DNA from: Promethearchaeota archaeon
GTDB taxonomy: Archaea > Asgardarchaeota > Lokiarchaeia > Sigyniarchaeales > SOKP01
Direction: 5' to 3'
DNA length: 33,744 bases
Assembly: GCA_016839745.1 (NCBI GenBank)
Contig: JAEOTS010000123.1
Location: 1 to 33,744 of the forward strand
The notes beneath the pieces are model-generated. The model searched no databases and had not been told where the DNA came from. It worked only from the letters and a program-made list of their open reading frames with translations. Within the stretch, counting starts at the first letter, position 1; each line of letters opens with the position of its first letter. This document shows, piece by piece, positions 27,945 through 33,744 of this stretch. The position numbers and the translations under genes are program-made.

Positions 27945-28475
27945 ATGTCCCCGAAAGAAATCACAAAAGTAGACATAACAAATGATGTATTTAGAGAGCC
28001 ATTTGAAGTGATTAAACAAATATCCTCAAATTTAGATGGGTTAAAATATACTAAAGTAATTCAAACATTTGTAATGGAAGATCGAAGATTAAACCTCTCG
28101 TTAGAAAATGAAGGGTCCAGTTATTTCAAGGGTAAAGTAGTTTGGATTGGTAATCGGAAGGACGATAGCGAAGGAACAATCTTTTGTGTTGATACTAAAA
28201 CTGAATTAAAACAGATTAACCCTACCGCTGAAAATACTGAAAATGTTGTGCTTGACATAAAGAAAGAAGTTATAAGGATTTCTACGGCATCAAAAACGAA
28301 ATGTGCTGTTTGTGGAAAGAATATTGAAATTTTCGATGAAGTAGCGGGTTGTCCAATGTGTGAAGCGAAAGCTCACAAAGATCACTTTACAGATTGGGTT
28401 AGAATGAAACATGCTTGTCCCGTGTGTAAAAAATCCTTAAACGTCTCAGGTTCTGGCGTAGTTTTTATTGATTAA
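27945..28475 (+). CDS. RING-variant zinc-finger protein (putative E3 ligase)
   Basis: C-x2-C-x12-C-x2-C-x4-H-x2-H-x3-W-x6-CP-x-C at the C-terminus. Confidence 0.75.
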   Translation: MSPKEITKVDITNDVFREPFEVIKQISSNLDGLKYTKVIQTFVMEDRRLNLSLENEGSSYFKGKVVWIGNRKDDSEGTIFCVDTKTELKQINPTAENTENVVLDIKKEVIRISTASKTKCAVCGKNIEIFDEVAGCPMCEAKAHKDHFTDWVRMKHACPVCKKSLNVSGSGVVFID

Positions 28476-29215
28476 TTTAAATTAATCTTCCTCAATTTTT
28501 CGATTTCTATAGTACCATCATGTAACGCAGTCCCTATTAGGACTCCCGAGAAGCCATGATGTTTATACAGCTCAATATCTCTAATATCCTTAATTCCGCC
28601 TCCTACTAAAATTTGTCCGTTGAATTGTTTCCTAATTTCTAGATAAAGGGGTGGAATTCCGCCTATTTTTTGACCTACATTATAAAGATCAAGTAAAATT
28701 ATTTTTTTGACTCCCAACTCTTCAATTTTTTTTATAACTTCAATTGGATGCTGATTTTTTATCTCTTTTACATTTGTTTGAATTACTTTTTTGTACATAT
28801 CTATGCTTACAATTGTTTTATGTGATCCCATGATTTTTAAACACTTAGAAATAACTTCTAAATTTTTTACGGTTTCTAATCCTAAAATTAATGAATCTAA
28901 ACCATAGTTTGAGTACTCTAATATGTTTTTTTTTAAGATAATTCCAGGATCAATCATAACTTTAATTTCATGAATTTTCAAAATTTTTGTTAATAAAGAA
29001 TAATTAGGTTCTAGTCTAAGTATAGCATCTAAATCCGCAATATATACTTCGTTAATAGAGGACTCATGCTTTATTTTTTTAATTATTTTTATTGGGTCAG
29101 AGCTTTTTATTAATACCGATTTTAATGGTTTATATTTCTCTCGTTCACCTTTAATAGCGTGAACTGCCTCAGAATTTAGGATATCAATTACCGGTATGAT
29201 TTTAAATTTTTTCAT
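28472..29215 (-). CDS. HisA/HisF-related TIM-barrel protein (hisAF_rel type, linked to C1-transfer cofactor genes)
   Basis: IIPVIDI...AVHA..GER..YKP, YIADLDAI, ILLDL..VG, VGGGI and GTALH motifs. Confidence 0.85.
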   Translation of the reverse strand: MKKFKIIPVIDILNSEAVHAIKGEREKYKPLKSVLIKSSDPIKIIKKIKHESSINEVYIADLDAILRLEPNYSLLTKILKIHEIKVMIDPGIILKKNILEYSNYGLDSLILGLETVKNLEVISKCLKIMGSHKTIVSIDMYKKVIQTNVKEIKNQHPIEVIKKIEELGVKKIILLDLYNVGQKIGGIPPLYLEIRKQFNGQILVGGGIKDIRDIELYKHHGFSGVLIGTALHDGTIEIEKLRKINLN

Positions 29216-29387
29216 GTTTACGACAAAAATATTAATTTCTTATTAAAATAACCTTAACAAATTACCAATATGAAATACTCTTTTTTTTTAAAAATAGCGA
29301 TTAATTAATTATTAAATAATTTTATTTTTAAAGAATAAATTCTAAATTTATCTTTGAATAGATAAAACTATATATATAGTGGAAGAA

Positions 29388-31103
29388 ATGAAAACTGAAG
29401 CGTATATTACCAAAATAATAGAAGAAACTGGATTATCGAAAAAAGAAATTCAAACTTTAGTAGAAGAAAAAAAAGAAGAACTGAAAGGTCTAATCTCGGA
29501 TGAAGGAGCTTTGTTTGTGATTGCTAAAGAGTTAGGTGTAGATGTAGCAAGTGAGAATCAAGAATTGCTCAACGAAGTTGAATTAAACATCTCTGATATC
29601 ACAGTAAACATGAAAAATATTGTAATTGTTGGTAGAATTAAAGACATTTATAATGTGAATAGTTTTAATAAAAATAATGGGGAAACAGGATATGTAGGAT
29701 CATTTTTATTGCATGATAATACAGGTGATATCCGAATTGTTTTATGGGATAATCAAGTGAGTATTTTTAAAGATGAACGCTTTGAAAGAAACGGAATTGT
29801 TAAAATCCTTAATGGTACCGCGAAAAATGGAAGAAATGGTGGAACAGAAATTCATGTTGGAGGATTTAGTAAAATTGATTTGGCTCCTGAGGATGTTGAT
29901 TATAAAAAATACCCAAAAATTAAAGAGAAATTCGCAAAAATACAAGAGATCAACGAAAATTTTGGATCTCTATCAACTGAGGGAAAAGTAATGAACCGTT
30001 TTCCCGTAAAAGATTTCATTAGGAAAGATGGCAAAAACGGTAGTGTAAGCTCGATAATCCTAAGAGATTCGACGGGCAAAGTAAGAATTACTTTTTGGAA
30101 TGAAGATATCGAAAAAATCGAAAATGTTGAAGTTGGCGATTTTATTTCGCTGACAAACCTAAATCCAAGAAAAAGCAACTATGCAGAAAATAGAATTGAC
30201 GTGCACGCAACTTCGTGGACGAAAATAACTAAAAAAGATAAAGAATTGAAATTAGATGAAAAATTTATCGATAAGATCGAAAAACTCCAACAGGAGAAGG
30301 ATTATGCTTCATTTCAAGGAGTTATTACCACAATAGAAGACTTAAGAAAGGTAACGCTAAAATCAGGAGATGAAGTGTCTTTATTAAGTTTTACGGTAAG
30401 TGACGATACCGATAGCATCAGAGTTACAGCTTGGCGGGAAAAAGCAGATGAATTATCAAAATCTCTGAAGACGGGAGATGGAATTTCGTTGAAAAATATT
30501 ACATTAAGATTTAGCAATTATTGGGAAAAAAACGAAGCAAATATTTCACTAGATTCGAGTTTAGATAAAATAGATTTAAAAATTACAAATTTAAAAATAG
30601 CTGAAACCCCAACTAAAGGGAAAACTAGTGTTTTTTCAAAAAACTTCACAGATATTAATTCGATACAATCATCTGGATTTTTTGAAATAAAAGGTGTTAT
30701 TTCAAATGAATTAAAGAACATTAGGTTTTATGAAGCGTGTACTAATTGTAGAAGGAAAATTGATAACTGTACATGTGATCAAAAAGGAGAAAGTAAACTT
30801 ACAATGATTATTAGTCATATTATAGAGGATGAAAGCGGTAAAATTAGAGCTACATTTATCGGGGAAGCCGCAGAGAAATTAGTGGGTAGAAATGCGGATT
30901 TAATAGCTAAAGTTAAAGATACTCCGGATTATGATAAATTATTGGAAAATTTCTCTTCAGAAATTGTTGGAAGAGATATAATGATTAAAGGAAGGGTAAA
31001 ATTTAGTGACTATAGCGATTCTTACGAAATTACAGCTTCAAATTTCCAAGATATTAATGTAGAAGACGAGTTAGAAAGTAGGATGAATGAAATTATAAGT
31101 TGA
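29388..31103 (+). CDS. Replication protein A large subunit (RPA1-like, multiple OB folds plus Zn site)
   Basis: N-terminal helical GLISDEGAL..IAKELGV, repeated D.TG.IR...W OB motifs, YEACTNCRRK..C.C. Confidence 0.88.
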   Translation: MKTEAYITKIIEETGLSKKEIQTLVEEKKEELKGLISDEGALFVIAKELGVDVASENQELLNEVELNISDITVNMKNIVIVGRIKDIYNVNSFNKNNGETGYVGSFLLHDNTGDIRIVLWDNQVSIFKDERFERNGIVKILNGTAKNGRNGGTEIHVGGFSKIDLAPEDVDYKKYPKIKEKFAKIQEINENFGSLSTEGKVMNRFPVKDFIRKDGKNGSVSSIILRDSTGKVRITFWNEDIEKIENVEVGDFISLTNLNPRKSNYAENRIDVHATSWTKITKKDKELKLDEKFIDKIEKLQQEKDYASFQGVITTIEDLRKVTLKSGDEVSLLSFTVSDDTDSIRVTAWREKADELSKSLKTGDGISLKNITLRFSNYWEKNEANISLDSSLDKIDLKITNLKIAETPTKGKTSVFSKNFTDINSIQSSGFFEIKGVISNELKNIRFYEACTNCRRKIDNCTCDQKGESKLTMIISHIIEDESGKIRATFIGEAAEKLVGRNADLIAKVKDTPDYDKLLENFSSEIVGRDIMIKGRVKFSDYSDSYEITASNFQDINVEDELESRMNEIIS

Positions 31104-31197
31104 AATAATTTCTCTTTTTAGTATATTTTTTATAATATTTATGGTTTCTAATCCTTAACTTGATGTTGTATAAAAAGTTAAAGTATAGATAGAATCC

Positions 31198-32133
31198 ATG
31201 AAACAAGTTGATATTATTGGATTAGGGGAAATAGTTTTAGACTGGGTTACTGAAATACCACACTTTCCAAAACCTGACGAAAAAATCGATGCGTTTAGCG
31301 AGAACTATTTTCCGGGGGGAGTTACCGCGAATTATTTGGTAGCTACTGCAAGACTTGGTGGTAAAAGTGGATTTATAGGAGCAGTTGGATGCGATTCTTA
31401 CGGCGATTTTTTAATTGAAGACTTTGTTAAAGAACATGTAGATACGACTTGTACTAAAAAAGTTGCTGGCAAGAAAACACCAGTTAATTTCATATTTGTT
31501 GCTCAAGGAGAGAAGACTATAATCCAATCCCCTCACATGCAAACTACTAAAATTGAGTGTGACGATTTAAATGAAGCTTACATCGCAAATTCTAAACTTC
31601 TACACACTACAATTATTCATCAAAAAGTCACAGAAAAAGCCATCGAAATCGCAGAACGAAATAATATTAAAATCAGTATAGATTTAGAATCCCAAATTGC
31701 CCTAAGAGGATGGAATAACTTAAAAAATGTGCTGTTAAAATCGGATATTTTACTTCCAAATAAAGAGGGAGCAAAAGCTATAACAAACAGTAATACACCT
31801 GAAAAAGCAGCTGAAATTTTAGTTAAAAAAGGGATTCCAATTGTTATTATTACCTTAGGAAGTAATGGCGTATTAATAACCACCAACGAGTATCAAAAAA
31901 GGATACCCACATATGAAATAAAAAATGTAGTAGATACAACTGGAGCTGGAGATACATTCAATGGCGCATTTTCTTTAGCGTATTGGATAAAAGATTGGGA
32001 TTTAGAAAAATCTTGTATATACGCTAATGCAGCAGCTTCTTTAAAAATTCAAAAACTTGGAGCGAGATCTGGAATGCCGAATGAAATAGAGCTGATAGAA
32101 TTTTTAAAGAAAAACAAAGAAAATTATTTTTAA
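31198..32133 (+). CDS. PfkB/ribokinase family carbohydrate kinase
   Basis: GGVTAN..ARLG, GAVG.D.YG and DTTGAGDTF motifs. Confidence 0.93.
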   Translation: MKQVDIIGLGEIVLDWVTEIPHFPKPDEKIDAFSENYFPGGVTANYLVATARLGGKSGFIGAVGCDSYGDFLIEDFVKEHVDTTCTKKVAGKKTPVNFIFVAQGEKTIIQSPHMQTTKIECDDLNEAYIANSKLLHTTIIHQKVTEKAIEIAERNNIKISIDLESQIALRGWNNLKNVLLKSDILLPNKEGAKAITNSNTPEKAAEILVKKGIPIVIITLGSNGVLITTNEYQKRIPTYEIKNVVDTTGAGDTFNGAFSLAYWIKDWDLEKSCIYANAAASLKIQKLGARSGMPNEIELIEFLKKNKENYF

Positions 32134-32160
32134 ATCTTTAAACCATCAGACTGGCTCGAT

Positions 32161-32598
32161 TTAAGAATAAATTACACAAATATCTTTAAATTTGTTATCC
32201 TCTGTTAAGAGTTTTAGTTTTTTTAAAATGGGTTCTGAAGAAATAGAAGTGCTCTCCTGATTAAAAGGCCAAATTCCAATTAAAATGTCACCCAGTTTTT
32301 TTAAATTTCCTACTAAAAATCCTTCCTTTTCTCCGTCCGTTAAACTTGTGAAGAGGACAACTATATAATAATTAAAATCATAATTAGCGTTTGAAGCTCC
32401 AATTTTTACTACTTCTCTAATGTTTTGAAAATTTATTACACTTGTTTGTTTTTGACTAAGTAGTTTTAGAGAAGAAAAAAATTGAGAGGGAATATGAATA
32501 GGCTTCTCTTGAATAACATTTTTAAAAGTTAGCGAATACGATTCAGATGAATCTCCCTTTATACCTTTAAAAATTACCTTATAAAATATCGTACTCAT
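32161..32598 (-). CDS. Hypothetical protein
   Basis: 145-aa ATG ORF downstream of aIF1. No recognised motif. Confidence 0.6.
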   Translation of the reverse strand: MSTIFYKVIFKGIKGDSSESYSLTFKNVIQEKPIHIPSQFFSSLKLLSQKQTSVINFQNIREVVKIGASNANYDFNYYIVVLFTSLTDGEKEGFLVGNLKKLGDILIGIWPFNQESTSISSEPILKKLKLLTEDNKFKDICVIYS

Positions 32599-32673
32599 TG
32601 AAATCTAATTTTTTTTTTATTGAAACTACGATATTTAAAGAGAAGCAAATGAACTTTTAATTATTATTCTACT

Positions 32674-33015
32674 CTATCGTTTATTGGTGTATCTCATCCG
32701 TTCCTGAATTAGAATATTTTCTTCAGGAAATCCTAAGTCAATTAGAAATTTCTTTAGTTTGAATTTGTGATCACCTTGAAGTTCGATCTCGTTTCCTCTA
32801 ACTGTTCCTCCAGAAGCACATTTCCTTTTAGCTTGCGTAAGAATATCTTTTAAATTCGCATCTATGTTCCCCTCGAACTTGATAACTGTAACCACACGCC
32901 CCCATTTACGTCGATCGTTAGAAATAATAATTTGTTGTTCATCTGCGCTTAAACTATCGCATATACATAGGTCTTTCGGAAAACTACATATAGCACAAAT
33001 ATCGTCGTCTTTAAT
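32674..33015 (-). CDS. sui1: Translation initiation factor aIF1 (SUI1), inferred ATT start
   Basis: The frame extends 40 codons upstream of the track's GTG: (I)KDDDICAICSFPKDLCICD...RRKWGRVVTVI...CASGGTV...IELQGDH. Both the CxxC..CxC knuckle and the SUI1 motifs are present. Confidence 0.92.
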   Translation of the reverse strand: MKDDDICAICSFPKDLCICDSLSADEQQIIISNDRRKWGRVVTVIKFEGNIDANLKDILTQAKRKCASGGTVRGNEIELQGDHKFKLKKFLIDLGFPEENILIQERMRYTNKR

Positions 33016-33213
33016 ACTCTTTTTTCACAACCTTTATTATTGAAACGTTTAAAAATACAATACTAAAAAATAATAGACCTAAATCTTATAAAAACCTTTT
33101 TTAATTTTAGTTTTAAATAATTTTAAAAATATGAAGTTTTATAAAAAGTGTAGTTTGGTTTAGCATTATTATAAAAACAAAATCTTATTTACTATAATTA
33201 AAAAAAAACATTC

Positions 33214-33744
33214 ATGAAATTAGATATGATGAGTTCATGGATCTTTAAAGTGATTGTAGCAGGAGCAGGCGGGGTGGGAAAAACCGCTATGGTAACTCGA
33301 TATTGCACGGGAAAATTTGAAGAAGGCTATAAAATGACGATTGGCGCAGGATTCCATACTAAATCTGAAACGCTTGATACCGGGGAATCTGTCAAAATGC
33401 AACTATGGGATTTTGCCGGTGAAAAACGCTTCCGAGAACTTTTACCAGACTATTGCAAAGGCGCGAGTGGAGGATTAATTTGTTTTGATATAACAGATTA
33501 CGATACGTTCAGAGACATTCCGGTGTGGCTAAAAATTATTCGCCAAAAAGCGGGTTTTATACCAATAATCCTCATGGGGATGAAGTGGGACCTATCAAAC
33601 CACGAAGTTGAGTTCGAAATCGCAAATGAATACGCTCTAAAAGCTAAATGCAATCAATGCGTTTTCACTTCATCAAAAGAGAATATAAATGTGAACGAAT
33701 CTTTTCAAGCCATGGCAAAGTGGCTAATTTTTTACGCTAACCAA
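33214..33744 (+). CDS. Rab/Ras-superfamily small GTPase (runs off the window end)
   Basis: Manual translation: FKVIVAGAGGVGKT, MTIG, QLWDFAGEKRF, CFDIT, GMKWDL, TSSKENINV. Confidence 0.92.
   Translation, partial: MKLDMMSSWIFKVIVAGAGGVGKTAMVTRYCTGKFEEGYKMTIGAGFHTKSETLDTGESVKMQLWDFAGEKRFRELLPDYCKGASGGLICFDITDYDTFRDIPVWLKIIRQKAGFIPIILMGMKWDLSNHEVEFEIANEYALKAKCNQCVFTSSKENINVNESFQAMAKWLIFYANQ

Noticed and set aside
28472-29215. Assigning the symbol hisA
   Set aside because: AVHA..GER..Y.P and YIADLDAI fit the hisAF-related family, and no his operon is nearby
873-31886. Antisense or nested ORFs in the track (e.g. 873-1238, 3182-3388, 3467-3733, 4404-4697, 6394-6624, 6544-6888, 8136-8483, 8517-8729, 10424-10879, 11483-11668, 12877-13531, 17012-17230, 17628-17813, 18582-18869, 20345-20560, 21707-22006, 26536-26949, 29742-30721, 31620-31886)
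   Set aside because: They overlap well-supported genes and show the Ser/Phe/Ile-rich composition of shadow frames, with no motifs
32674-32895. aIF1 as a 73-aa protein or pseudogene
   Set aside because: The upstream frame is intact and retains all conserved motifs
33025-33030. Selenocysteine or read-through at TTG-TGA upstream of aIF1
   Set aside because: The position does not correspond to a conserved Cys, no SECIS was recognised, and an ATT start is simpler
1-33744. CRISPR array, IS element, provirus or integrase at the tRNA genes
   Set aside because: I saw no spaced repeats, transposase or integrase ORFs, or duplicated tRNA 3' ends by eye. Gene content is housekeeping throughout.

Overview
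AT-rich archaeal chromosomal window, most consistent with an Asgard archaeon (Lokiarchaeia-like). It combines archaeal informational genes (aRF1, aIF2-beta, aIF1, TFB, Rpo12, RIO1/Dim2/NMD3, RPA) and the archaeal CoA route (KPR, PoK, PPS) with eukaryotic-signature proteins (profilin, Rab-like GTPase, RING-type protein, Get3-like ATPase, PAC4-like protein). I count about 42 CDS, several missed or truncated by the ORF track (panE C-terminus, Rpo12, the N-termini of aIF1 and the DhnA aldolase, the GTPase), and two intron-containing tRNAs. No mobile element or CRISPR array was seen. Main findings: (1) the start-codon fidelity factor aIF1/SUI1 can only be full length from a non-canonical codon, best fit AUU, suggesting infC-like autoregulation in an archaeon; (2) a second AUU-started gene behind a strong Shine-Dalgarno; (3) a tRNA-Leu(CAA) with two introns that a single-intron parse would read as anticodon UUU; (4) a profilin with an extra C-terminal helical domain; (5) a Whirly-like protein, a RING-variant protein and a Cys-less LysA-fold enzyme coupled to a GT4. 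All family calls come from motif recognition by eye, not database searches.
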